From assembly GCA_014905635.1 (NCBI GenBank), contig JABVCE010000024.1, positions 372,001-436,000 on the forward strand: DNA of 64,000 nt, in the 5' to 3' direction. Of this stretch, positions 48,359 to 59,913 are shown piece after piece; position 1 is the first letter of the stretch; each line of letters begins with the position of its first letter. A model generated the notes under the pieces. It was not told where the DNA came from and did no database searches. It saw only the letters and a list, made by a program, of their open reading frames with translations. This stretch comes from Scenedesmus sp. PABB004 (taxonomy: Eukaryota). The position numbers and the translations under genes were made by a program.

Positions 48359-49007
48359 CAGGGGCGGCGCGCCGCGTGGGCGTGCGCGCGCTCGGCGCGG
48401 CAGGCGGCGGCGCACGTAGCGTGGCTGGCGTCGCCGCGGCGGCTGTCGCGGCCGGGCGCGGCGATCGCGCGCGCAGCACGCTGGGGCGCGTGGTGGTGCG
48501 CGCGCTGCATCGTGAGCGCCCGCTCACGCTGGTGACAGGCAGCGTTGGACCGAGTTCTGCCGCCCGTGCGAGGGGGCCAAATGGTCAGCGGCGACGCGGG
48601 GCTCGGTGGCGAGACAGGGCGCCGCGGCAGCGCGCAAGAAAGTGACCGCCGCCGCGGACGCCGCGGCGGGTGGCGCGGCCCGTGCGACTCCGGAGCGTCG
48701 TGGTGAGGCCCTGGAGCTATCACCGCGACCAGCAGCAGCCCAGGGTGTGGCCTGAGCTGTGCGCGGCGTGCCTAGGGCTTCACTCCGGCTTCAGAAAAAG
48801 AGGGTGAACCACGACGAAATGCCGGTCATATTCTTCGCAGTCGCCGGAACGCAACACCTTGGCGTCCAATCGCGCGCCCGCGCGCGACGACACGCGGCCT
48901 AGAGGACCAGCGCGCCCGGTCCGGCTCTAGGGTCAGCCCTCCTCCCACGCGCGCGCGCAGCCCACGCGGCGCTTGATCAGCCGCTCACGACGACGGCTCG
49001 TACGACG

Positions 49008-52000
49008 ATGGTGCGGCCCCACGGGCGCGCGGCCTGGCTGGACCGGGCAGCGCAGTTTTCGCGGGCGAGGATTCGCCATCCCCTGCCCCGCCGAGCGGGG
49101 CGCCCTGGCGCCGGGAGCCCGCGCGCGCGTGCCCCACGTGACTGCACACTGCGCCCCTGCCGCCTGACACCCCGCGCTCCGACGGCTGACCCGCCCCACC
49201 CGCCGCCCGCGCGCTGCTCGCCCACCGACAGGCCGCCGCGCCGCGCCGCCTGCTGGTCTGCCTGGCGCTGCTGGCGTGGTGTGCGACAGCCGCCACGTCG
49301 CGGGACGTCGCCGTCGCCGTCGACGGAGGCACACACCGCAGGCCCACGCGCACGCTGCGCCAGGGCCGGCCCGCCGCGCCACGACAGGCCGTGCCCGACA
49401 TCTGCGGCGCGACTGGGCAGGACGCCGGCTCCGACACCACCACGCGCTGCGCGCAGCGCTGTCAGGTCTGCGTCAACGACCGCACCATCGCAACCCGCAA
49501 CCGCACCTGCCTCTGCTGCAAGGCGGGCTTCGTGCCCAACCGCGAGGAGCCCGGGCGCTGCCGGCCGTGCGCGCCCAGCACGTTCAGCCCGACGCCCGGG
49601 CGCGCGCGCTGCATGCTCTGCCGCGGCGCATTCACCACCCTGCGCAATGGCGCCACAAGCTGTGACGGTGAGCGCGGGCGCTGCGCCGGTGCTGCGGGAC
49701 AGAGCCGCTGCCGCGCTGCGCCGCCTGACGCACCCTGACGCCCCACTTCCCTCCTCGTCGCTCGCCGCAAACGCTCGCAGCCTGCGCGCCCGGTTACGGA
49801 GGTGAAGCGTGTGTGCAGTGTGCTGCCGACACCTACTCACCCGGCGGCTGGCCAAACGAAACGGCCTGCCTCGCTTGCCCCCCTGGCACGAGCACGGCCA
49901 CCCTGCCCGGCGCGACGTCGCTGGCCGGCTGCCTCCCCGGTGCGGGGCGTGAGGGCGGCGGCGCTCCTGCCGGGCTGCTGCATGGCGCGCCCAACCGCAT
50001 CGCTGACATGCACGTGCCGTACGCGCCCTCATTGTCCCGCAGTGAACACCACCAATCAGGAGTTGCCCTTGCCCGCGCCAGCCAGCCCGTCGCCCGCGCC
50101 GCTGGCTCTCAGCAGCCCCAGCCCCAGCCCCAGCCCCGCCCCTACGCCAAGCCCTGAGCCAAGCCCTGCACCAAGCCCTGAGCCAAGCCCTAAGCCAAGC
50201 CCCAGCCCCAGCCCCAGCCCTGCGCCAACAACCCCTGAGCCCTTGCCCGGCGGCGGTGGTGGCTCGTTTGTCTCGACCTGTGGCACCTTCACCTGCACCA
50301 GCGGTTTGCCCCGGTCCAGCAACACCGTGGGGAGCTCCGAGGCCGCCTGTTGCGTGAGTGGGTCGGGGCATGTTTTGCAAGGTCGCGCGCGCGGTGCAGC
50401 ATGGGCGCAGGGCCCCGGTCGCCCTGTTCCAGCTGTGCTCACGCAGCCGCGCACCGCCGCCGTCGCTGCACTCCTCACAACCACCGCAGAGCACGTGCGC
50501 CAACCCCGCCGCGGCGATCACCTGTCCTGCTGGGCTGCAGCTGCCGTCGATTCCGGTGGCCCTGCCGGCAGGCATCGGGCCTTCCGCTGCTCGGTGCTGC
50601 GTGAGTTGCCGCGGGCCTCAGCGCTCGCAGTTTGGGTGCAAAGCGCCCCTAGATGTCAGCGCGCACGCCAACGAGCGCAACGCGCTGCGCCGCCGACGCG
50701 CCTGCAGGTCTTTTCTGCTGCCGTCCCCACATGCGGCATCACGGGCGCTGGAGCGCCGTCGTACGACTGCGCCAACTCGACGCTGCCGCTCCCCAACGCG
50801 CTCTACGCGCCGGCCAGCATCAGCGGCCTCACGCCGGCGGCTGCGGAGGCCGTGTGTTGCACGGTGCGCTGCCGGTGGCACGGAGCCGTCCCGAGCAGGC
50901 GCCGCCCGTTTGCATCCGGACCCGTTGGCTGTCGCGTGGTGCTGCAAGCGCAGCGCCAGCTGACCCACCCACCACCTCCGCCCCTGCAGGCGCACCCTGC
51001 TGGCGCGACCTGCATTGACATTGACGGCGCGGGCGCAGGACAGGTCGCGCTCAACTGTGAGTAACGCAGCGCAGTGGGGGCACTCTGGCCGCCTGCGCAG
51101 CGCAGCGGCGGGGCACCGCAGCGTGCGGCCATGCGGACGACGCAGAGCTTTGCTGCTCTGCTCCGCCAGACGCTGACCGCGGTGCCCTCACACGCTCCCT
51201 GCACTCTATGCGCAGGCACGGGCACGGGCCGGGTCAACGCAGGCTCCAGCACCAGCATCGCGGGGCAGACGCCCGGCCAAGCGCGGGCAACGTGCTGCAC
51301 GGTGAGAGGCGCGCGCGCGGGCGGAGGCCTTCCGCAGCGCTGCACGCTGCTGGCGGCGCGCTCGCGGTGCCTGCCAGGCGCGCGATCTGCAGGCTTGCCG
51401 CGTGCTTGCTGCACACGACCGCGCCTGCACGTCAACATGCTGCTGCCCGCCGCAGGTCTACGCGGCCGGCGCAACATGTGGCAGCACGACCGGCAGCTCG
51501 CCCGCGCTGCCGTTCGACTGCTCCGGCACCAGCCTGGCGTTCCCCAACGCGCTCTACGCGCCGGCCAACATCAGCGGCCTCACGCCGACGGCCGCGGAGG
51601 CGGTCTGCTGCAAGGTGCGCCGCCCGTCGGCGGCAACAAGCCGGCCTTGGGCGCTGCGCTTGCTGACGCCGCTGCGCTCTGCTTCCCTACCGCCAGGCGT
51701 ACCCCGCAGGCGCGACGTGCGCCGACGGTGATGGCAGCCTGACGGCAGCCGCGCAGCTGCTGTCATGTGAGTTTGGCGCTGGGCAGCAGGTGCCGCCGCG
51801 GGGGGCAATCCGCCTGCGCGCTCTGCAGCGCTGCGCGCACACCTGGCGGCCCGCCGGGCCTGGCGCGTGCGGGCTGCTGAGCGGCGCTGGTGATGGGCAG
51901 ACGGATAATGTGCTCATGAAAAGCGGGAGGCGGGCACTCACCGGCTCTGCTGCTGCTCCCATGCCGCGCAGGCGGGAACTTGGTCGCAACCGCCAACGCC

Positions 52001-53221
52001 ACCAACACCACCATTGCCGGGCTCAGCGCCGCCGAGGCCACAGCCGCCTGCTGTACCACCGCGCCGGCGGTCGCGATACCGGTCGCGGCCGTCGCTGCAG
52101 GCGCGGGATACACATGCGCGTTGCTGAACGATACCTCGGTGCGCTGCTTTGGGGTCAACGACGTGGGCCAGCTAGGCGACGGCACCACCACCAGCCGGCC
52201 GAGCCCCGTGGCCGTCACGTGGCCGGGCGGCGCGCCGCTGACCGGCGTGGCCCAGATCGCCGCTGGTCAGTATCACACCTGCGCGATGCTGGCCAACGGC
52301 ACGGCGGCGTGTTGGGGCGTCAACTGGTACGGCGAGTTGGGCGACGGCACCTCCACCACCAGTGGCCACCCTATGCTTGTTAGGCTGACACAGGGCGGCG
52401 CGCCGCTGACCGGCGTGGCCCAGATCGCCGCTGGTCAGTATCACACCTGCGCAAAGCTGGACAACGGCACCGCGGCGTGCTGGGGCCGGAACGCTTACGG
52501 CGAGCTTGGCGACGGCGCCAGCTCAACCGTAACGGAACGGCGGAGCCCTGGGACGGTCACGCAATCGCTGGGCGGTGCGCCGCTGACAGGCGTGGCAGGC
52601 ATCACCGCTGGTGAGTTTCACACATGCGCGACGCTCAACAACGGCACGGCGGCCTGCTGGGGCGCCAACAACAAAGGCCAGCTGGGCGACGGCACCGTCG
52701 CCGATAGCGATGTGCCCGTGGCCGTCACGTGGCCGGGCGGCGCGCCGCTGACCAACGTGGCCCAGATCGCCGCTGGTCAGTATCACACCTGCGCGACGCT
52801 GGCCAACGGCACGGCGGCGTGCTGGGGCTGGAACGCTTATGGCCAGCTAGGCGACGGCACCAGCGGCACCAACCGGCTCAGCCCCATGGCTGTTGCAAAT
52901 CTGACGGGTGTGACGCTCATCACTGCTGGGTCGCAGTCCACCTGCGTCCTTGCAAGCGGTGAGGTAGCCTGCTTTGGGGTCAATTCCTACGGCCAGCTGG
53001 GCGTCGGCGTCAACGCCGGCAACGCCAATGCAAACCGCACCCCGCTGATGGTGCCGGGCTTGAACGGCACGGCGGGCATCACGGCCGGGGATGTCCACAC
53101 GTGCGCCTGGTGGACGGGCGGCGCCGCGGTGTGCTTCGGGTCCAATGCCTATGGGCAGCTGGGCCGGGGCACCGTCAACGCAACAGCCAACCCCACGCCT
53201 GAGGCTGTGCGCTTTGCTTGA
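49008..53221 (+). CDS. Secreted modular RCC1-propeller protein, copy B (same architecture as copy A)
   Basis: Same exon series at an offset of ~6994 nt. Terminal exon 51972-53221 has 7 RCC1 repeats and ends ANPTPEAVRFA*. Confidence 0.85.
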
Positions 53222-53618
53222 CGCTGGGCGCGCCAAAACGTCTGCGCCGCGAAGGCCGAACCTCTCAGTGTTGGGGGGCCTCGGTCTGACTTGCCAGCAT
53301 CTCTGCAGTGCGAGGGGTGCGCTCTTGCCCGCCGCGACTCGGCTCGCCGCGCGTGCTGCATCAACCACTCACTCTACTTGTGTGTCACGCGCGGCGCGCA
53401 TTGCGCGCAAGGCAGGATCGAGCATGGTGTGATGCTCAAACCATCAAGGGTGTGCAGATTGGTGGGCCAGGGGGTTTCACTCTCTCCACTCTCTTGCTGC
53501 GCCGCACGTGGTGCCGTGTTTGCTGCGTCGACCCCTCAGCGTGTGTGACACAAGCGCGCATGCGTGTGGGCAGGGCGGTGCATCAGACCAGGGCGGGGGG
53601 ACAATGGGCGGGGGCTTC

Positions 53619-54628
53619 ACCTGGTCTGGCGGCGCGCCGCTGACCGGCGTGGCGAGCATCACCGCTGGCGGATATCACGCCTGCGCGACGCTGGTCAATG
53701 GCACGGCCGTGTTCTGGGGCTCGAATGCTGTCGGCCAGCTGGGCGACGGCAGCGCCACACTATTCAGACCCGCGCCCGTGCCCGTCACATGGCCTGGCGG
53801 CGCACCGCTGACCGGCGTGGCAAGCATCGCCGCCGGCTTCCTTCACACCTGCGCGCGGCTGGACAACGGCACGGCGGCGTGCTGGGGCAACAACGACGTC
53901 TACGGTCAGCTTGGCGACGGCACCCGCATCAGCAAGTATAACCCCGTGGCCGTCACGCAATCGCTGGGCGGCGCGCCGCTGACTGGCGTGGCCGAGCTCG
54001 TTGCCGGGAGTTATCACACGTGCGCGCGGTTGGTCAACGGCACGGCCGCGTGTTGGGGCTACAATGGGAACGGCCAGCGTGGCGACGGCACCGGCGGCCC
54101 CAACAATGACAGCCCCGTGCCCGTGCCCGTCACGTGGCCGGGCGGCGCGCCGCTGACCGGCGTGGCGAGCATCATCGCTGGCTGGTATCACACCTGCGCG
54201 CGGTTGGTCAACGGCACGGCCGCGTGTTGGGGTGAAAACCTGAATGGCCAGCTGGGCGACAGCAGCGCAGGCGACCAGCTCAACCCCGTGGCCGTTTCCA
54301 ACCTCACCGGCGTGACACTCATCGCTGCGGGGCTGCGCTCCACCTGCGCCGTCATTGCCGGTGGCGAGGTGGCGTGCTTTGGAGACAACTCCTGGGGCCA
54401 GCTGGGCACAATCGTCAACGCCGGCACCGACACTCCGAATCGCACCCCGCTGAAGATTCCGGGCCTGACCGGGGCAGCGGGTGTCGCTGTCGGGGATCTC
54501 CACGCATGCATCTGGTTGCCGGGTGACGTGGTCGGGTGTTTGGAAGCAACGACAAGGGCCAGCTGGGCCGGAACTCTACCAACAATACGTCCATAAACCC
54601 CTCCCCGGCCCCCGTGAGCTTTGCGTGA
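53619..54628 (+). pseudogene. Truncated RCC1 cassette (blades 2-7) with a frameshift, copy C
   Basis: Begins abruptly at TWSGGAPLTGVASI after a copy of the family 3'UTR and has 6 repeats. There is a C-to-F change in AVFWG. A 1-nt deletion at ~54540 hides CFGSNDKGQLGRNSTNNTSINPSPAPVSFA* (TGA 54626-54628). Confidence 0.8.
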
Positions 54629-55334
54629 CGCTCTCGGCGCGCACGGCAGGGTGGTGCATCGCACCATCAAGGGTGTGCTGTTTGTTTGGCCAGGGGCAGG
54701 GCGGCTTCTCACTCCCTCCACTCTCTTGCCGCGCGGCGTGTGGTGTCGTGTGTGCAGCGCATCATCAAACCCTCAGCGTGTGCGACGAGCGCGCATGCGC
54801 GCGGGCAGGGCGGCGCATCACGCCGAGGGACCTGGGGGGCAATGGTGATCATAATCAAACGGCCTGTGCGGTCACGGCCAATTCAGCTTTGCCTTGAGCA
54901 ATCAGTTATCGCCTCTGCTTCAATCACTGCTGTTTGCCACAGGGCGGCCCAGCACCCGTGGGCCACGCACGGGCTTCGCAGCACTTCCTGAACGTGCTGA
55001 CTTGCGCGCGCGTGGCTGCTGCTGCCGACGCTCGACAGCGCAGGGGCGACGGCCTGCTGGGCCGACTTTGACTGCCGGTCAGAGAGGGCGCGCGCGGCGG
55101 CTGGCGCGGCCAGGCGTGGGCGCTGTCGGCAGGCCAGGCGCTGGCGGCCCGCGGCGCGGTGTGCGCGCATCCGCTCGGTGCCTGGTAAAACTGGACTCGC
55201 TGTGTGCCGGTTGCCCGTTTTACTGCCGCTCGCACCCAGCCCGACCTCGCCACCCGCGCTCGTTCGCAGCCCCACACCTCCACAAAACATAGCTTGCCTG
55301 CCGCTGCCCGCTGCTGCTGCTGCCGGTCCGCTGA

Positions 55335-58300
55335 TCACGCACGCGCGCGCAGGTCCCCTCCGCCGCTGGCGCGAGGCGCGCCCTCGCTCGCCGGGAGCTC
55401 ATCGTCGTCGTCGGTGGCAGGGTGGCCGGCGTACGCATAAATGCTCACCGCCACGCGGCCGCTGGACTGTGGCGGCTCGGGGCTCGTGCGCCCGACGGCC
55501 AGCCCGGCTGCCGGCGCGGGCGCGTCGCCCCCGCCGTCAATGCCGCCGCCGCCGCCGCCGCTGGACGCGCGCAGCATGCCGTGCAGGCGCCGCCCCAGCT
55601 CTCGGCCAGAGTCGCGGATGGCCGACACGCCCGCCTGAGCCGCGCCCAGCGCGCCGCCGAGCGGGCCCGCCGGCGGGCTGGCGGGCCCCGCGCTGCCGGG
55701 GTCCGCGCCCGCGATCGCGGCGACCGCCGGCTGCTGCTGCGCTGCCGCGAGCGCGGCCGCTGCGGCGGCAGCGGCGGCAGCAAAGTCCGCCGGCACCGCG
55801 TGCACCGTGCCCGCCTGCAGCGCGCCAAGCGAGGGGGCGCGAGACATGCGCCCCTGCTGCTCCGCGCCACCGCCACCGCCGACTGGCGCCGCGCCGCCGC
55901 CGTCCTTGGGGCTGAGGGCCGCGCCTGCGGCACCGCTCGGCAGGGCCAGCGGCGGCAGCCGTCCCTGCCACTGATGCGCCGCAGGGCTCGGCAGCTGTGC
56001 GACCGCCGCCACAGCGTCTCCGTGCAGCGCCGCGCTGGTGCTGCGACCGCCGAGCGAGCTCACCGCAGGCAGCTCGATCTCTGAGGCTGCCCACACGCCA
56101 GCCGCCGCGCCGCCCAGGGCCGCCGCGGCGCCCGGGGTGCCTGGCTGACTGCTGCTGCTGCGTTCGCTGCTGCTGCTGGTGTGGCCCGCTCCGCTGCCGC
56201 TGCTGCTGCCGCTGCTGCTGCCCGCGTCCGCGCCCTGCTCGCCGCCGCCGCCGCCGCCGCCGCTGCCGGGTGCGTGCGCCACAGCGCGCCGCTGGCTGCG
56301 GCGCCGGCGGCGCGACGCCGGCTGCTGGCCTGCGCCCTGCGCGCCGCCGGCAAACGCGCGCAGCACGTTGGCCTTGCACAGCGGGCAGGTGCAGTTTCGG
56401 CTGAGCCACGAGTCGATGCACTCGCGGTGATAAAAGTGCATGCACGGCAGCACCGTCACGCTCTCCCCCGGCTCCAGCTCGACCAGGCAGATGGCGCAGC
56501 AGTCCGCCTCCGTCGCCGCGCCGGGCAGCGGGTTGTCGGCCGGCGGCGGCTGGTACGGCTTGCTCGGCAGCAGCGCGCGCACGCCCGACGGCACGCGCGG
56601 GATGGCGGCGCCCTGCGCGGCGCCGCCGCTGCCGCCCTCGGCAACGAGCACCACCTGCGCCGGGCGGGGCGGGGCCGCGGCGAGGCAGCGGGCCGGTGGG
56701 GCCACAGGGCCGCGCCGCAGCACGGCGGCCGCTGCCAGCGTCGCCCGCCCCGCGCGTCCTCCGCCAGCCCCCCCCCCCCCCCCCCCCGCACGCCGCCCCG
56801 CGCGCCGCCGCCGCCGCCAGCTCACCCCGCGCCGCCGACGCGCGCAGCAGACGCAGAAGAGGCACAGCGCCGCGAGCGCCGCCGCGGCCGCGCTCACGCA
56901 GGAGAGCGCCACGACCATGACGCGCGCGCGCGGCGGCCCGCGCGGCGCGGGGCCCGCGCTCGTCCAGGCGACGGAGAAGTCGCCGACCGCGGCCGTGCTC
57001 GTGCGCGTGGTCTCAAACTCCACAAACACCGAGCGCTCGACCCAGAGCCGCGCGCTGAACACGCCGCCCGCGCCGGGCGACGCGGGGCGGCGCAGCTGCA
57101 CCACGTTGTTTGGCCCCAGGTGCAGCGTGAGCGCCTCGTCGGGCAGCAGACCAGCGTAGCTCACCGTGAGCGTCACTTCGGGGTAGTCGGGCTGCAGCTC
57201 CCAGCGGCAGAAGAAGCCTGCGCGGCGGCGGCGGCGGCGCGCGGCGTGGGCGGCGGCGCGCGGCGGCGCACCGCGCGCGGCGTAGGCGGCGGCGCGAGCG
57301 CGGTGCGGCCGTGCACACACGGGCGGGCCGCGCGGCGCGGCGCGCCCACCGCGCGGGTGGTAGATCGCGCGCCGGTCCGGCTCCAGCGCGGATAGGTTGG
57401 AGGGGAACGCGCCGCCCTCGCCGCGCACGTCCTCGACCTCGCCCGTGCACAGCAGCTGCGGCGCGGCGACGAGCTGGCGCGTCTGCGGCGCCGCCGCGGC
57501 GCCGCGCGCGAGCAGGCCCGGGTCGGCGGGGTCGAACGCGACCGGCAGGCTCGCGAGCTGCGTGTCGCCGACGCTCATGTTGGCGACGAACTCAAACGAC
57601 CTGCGTGTTCGCGTGCGTGCGTGTGTTGTGTGTGAGTGTGTGGACGGGGGGCTGCCGCGCGGGCACGGCGCCGGCGGCGACGCCGGCGGCGCGCCAGCGC
57701 GGGCGCAGCGCACAGCGCAGCGCGCACAGCGCGCGCGGCGCACCCCGGGACGACAAAGAACGGCGCCAGGCCTGCGTCGCCGGTCCACTGCATGTCCCAG
57801 ATCAGCCCGGGGCTGCTCTTGGTCCAGACCACGATCTGCGCCGGCGGCGGCGGCGGCGCGGGCGCGACGGGCTCGCGGGGCGGGGCCGCCAGCCGCGCAC
57901 GGCTGCCAGCCGAGCGCGCCGCGCCGGCCGGCCCCGCTCGCCGCTGCCGCCCGTGCCGCGCCGCTGCGCACCTGCGCGCCCACGATCTGCGCGTGCATCT
58001 GCACGGGCGCGCTGCCGCGGCGCTGGGGGTAGCGGCTGCCCGCCCACGCGAGCGAGCCAAATGACGCCTCCAGCTCCAGCAGGCCCAGCTCGACGCGCAG
58101 CGCCGCCTCAATCGTGCCCCCGCCGCGCAGCACGAAGCTGCCCGACGCGAGCGGCAGCGCCGCCGCGCCGTCGCGCTCTGTTCCGGCATGGGCGGCGCGG
58201 CGCGCGCGGGTGGTGCGGCCGGCCGGCGGGCGCGGCGCGGCGCCGCCGCTGCTCCTCCCCGCTCCTCCCGCGCCCTCCCGCGCCCTCCGCGCACCCGGCG

Positions 58301-59320
58301 TGTCGAAGAGCGACACTGTATAGGCCACGCCCTCTCGCAGGCCGCCGCAGAGCACGACCTGGTCGCGGTACACCAGCCCGCTGCCGCCGTCGCAGCGGCC
58401 GCCGTACTTGACGGACTCGTCCTTCACGTCGACGTAGAACGAGCGCGGCGGCAGCGGCAGGCGCAGCGCCTCGCCGCCGCCGGCGCCGAGCGGCGCAAAG
58501 GCCACGGAGAGCGCGAGCGACGCGCTGCCGCGGCCGCCCGGCGGGTTGTAGAAGCGCACGCTGCCCTCGCCGCCGCCGCTGCTGTCGCCGCCGCTGCGCC
58601 TCCCGCCGCCGCCGCTGCGCCCGCTCCCGCCGCCGCCGCCGCCGCGCCCGTTACCGCCGCTCCCCCCGCCGCCGGCGTCGGCGTCGAGCGTCGGCGTGGA
58701 GAACGGGTCGAGCAGCATCGGCCCGAGCGCCTGCAGCACCGCGTCGCCCGCCGTCGGGTCGCCGGGCGAGGCGTCGCCCCAGGGCCCCGCCAGGCGCGCC
58801 GCCGCCGCGAGCGCGCGGCCGAGCAGGCCGTCCAGGCCGGGCGCCGCCTGCTGCAGCAGCGACCGCGCCGGCGGCGGCCGCCGATCGCCCGCCGCGCGGC
58901 CGCCGCCCGCGCCGCCGCGGCCCTGGCCGTAGCGCGTCGGCCTCCAGGCGCTGGGCGGGCCCGCGCCGGCGCTGCCGTCCAGGCGGGCGCCTGCGGGCGG
59001 CAGCAGCGGCCGGCGCGGGCGGCCCGGCCTCGGCGCGGCGTCCGGGGGCGCAGGCGCGCGGGCGACGCGATCCCCCGAGCGCCACGGGCCCGCGGCGGCC
59101 GTCACGGACGACGCGCGGGCGCCCGCGGCGCGGGGCGAGCACGCCGAAGCCCTGTACTGTCGACCCGCCGGCCGTGCGCCCCGCCGCCCCCCGCGCCCCC
59201 GGCACGCGCAGGCTCACCTTCCAACTCCCGGGCCGGCCGCGCCGCGCCGGCGCAGGCCGCCAGCGCTGCGAGGGCGAGCAGCAGCGCGGCGCAGCGACGC
59301 CGCCGCCCGGGGGGCGCCAT
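55335..59320 (-). CDS. Type I membrane RING-H2 E3 ligase with a luminal CUB-like domain
   Basis: Signal peptide MAPPGRRRRCAALLLALAALAACAGA. CUB-like segment CTGEV...FCRWELQP...VTLTV...VFVEFET...GDFSVAW. TM segment VMVVALSCVSAAAAALAALCLFCVCC followed by RRRR. RING-H2 CAICLVELEPGESVTVLPCMHFYHRECIDSWLSRNCTCPLC. Confidence 0.85.
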
Positions 59321-59913
59321 GGCTGCTTCGCTGGCCTCGATCTACGCGACCCGCATGCCGGCGACCGCGCTGGCGGCTGGCGCGAGAAGCTGTTTCCGAG
59401 TCGAGAGGCTGGGCCGCACCAGGCGGCTGGCTGGGAGGGTCTGGATGTGGAGGGCCCCGTCTTGCAGGTGTGGGCACGCGGGCGGGGCGGTCGGGCGTGC
59501 GGCCGGCCCGGGAGCGGCGGTCAAAGAGGTTCAGCGAAGCCCAGGCTGGCCCCCCGGCACCCGCACGCCCTGCCCTGCCGGGAGCGGGCGGTGGAGACCG
59601 ATCCAATTGCCAGGGACAGCGCAGGCGCCGCGCACACGCTGCCCACGCGGCACCCCGCCACCCGCACTACAAGCAACTGGGCCGGAGCAGCTCCGCCCGT
59701 TGGGCGCCAGCGGTTCGGGGCGCGCCGTTGGGCCACGCAAGACCGCGCCTCGCCGCCCGCCCGCGCGCCCGGCCCGCCGGGGCGCGGCGGCGACCGCGGC
59801 GGCGCAAACAGCGGCGGCGCGCGAGCAGCGGCGCGCCCGGGCCGCGCGCATGGCCGGCCCCGCGCCGCGCGGCGGCGGCCCCGGCCCGACGACAGCCGAC
59901 TGACCCAGCCACC

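Larger units (their letters stand above)
40343..55480. repeat. Direct tandem segmental duplication, unit ~7-8 kb (40343-47435 vs 47455-55480)
   Basis: 40349 onward matches 47461 onward (HECT exons). 42014 onward matches 49008 onward almost exactly. 46741-47435 matches 54847-55480, which includes the 3' end of the RING gene. Confidence 0.93.

Noticed and set aside
45056..54628. Diversity-generating retroelement behind RCC1 variability
   Set aside because: No reverse transcriptase in the window, and differences between blades are not confined to adenines and include indels.
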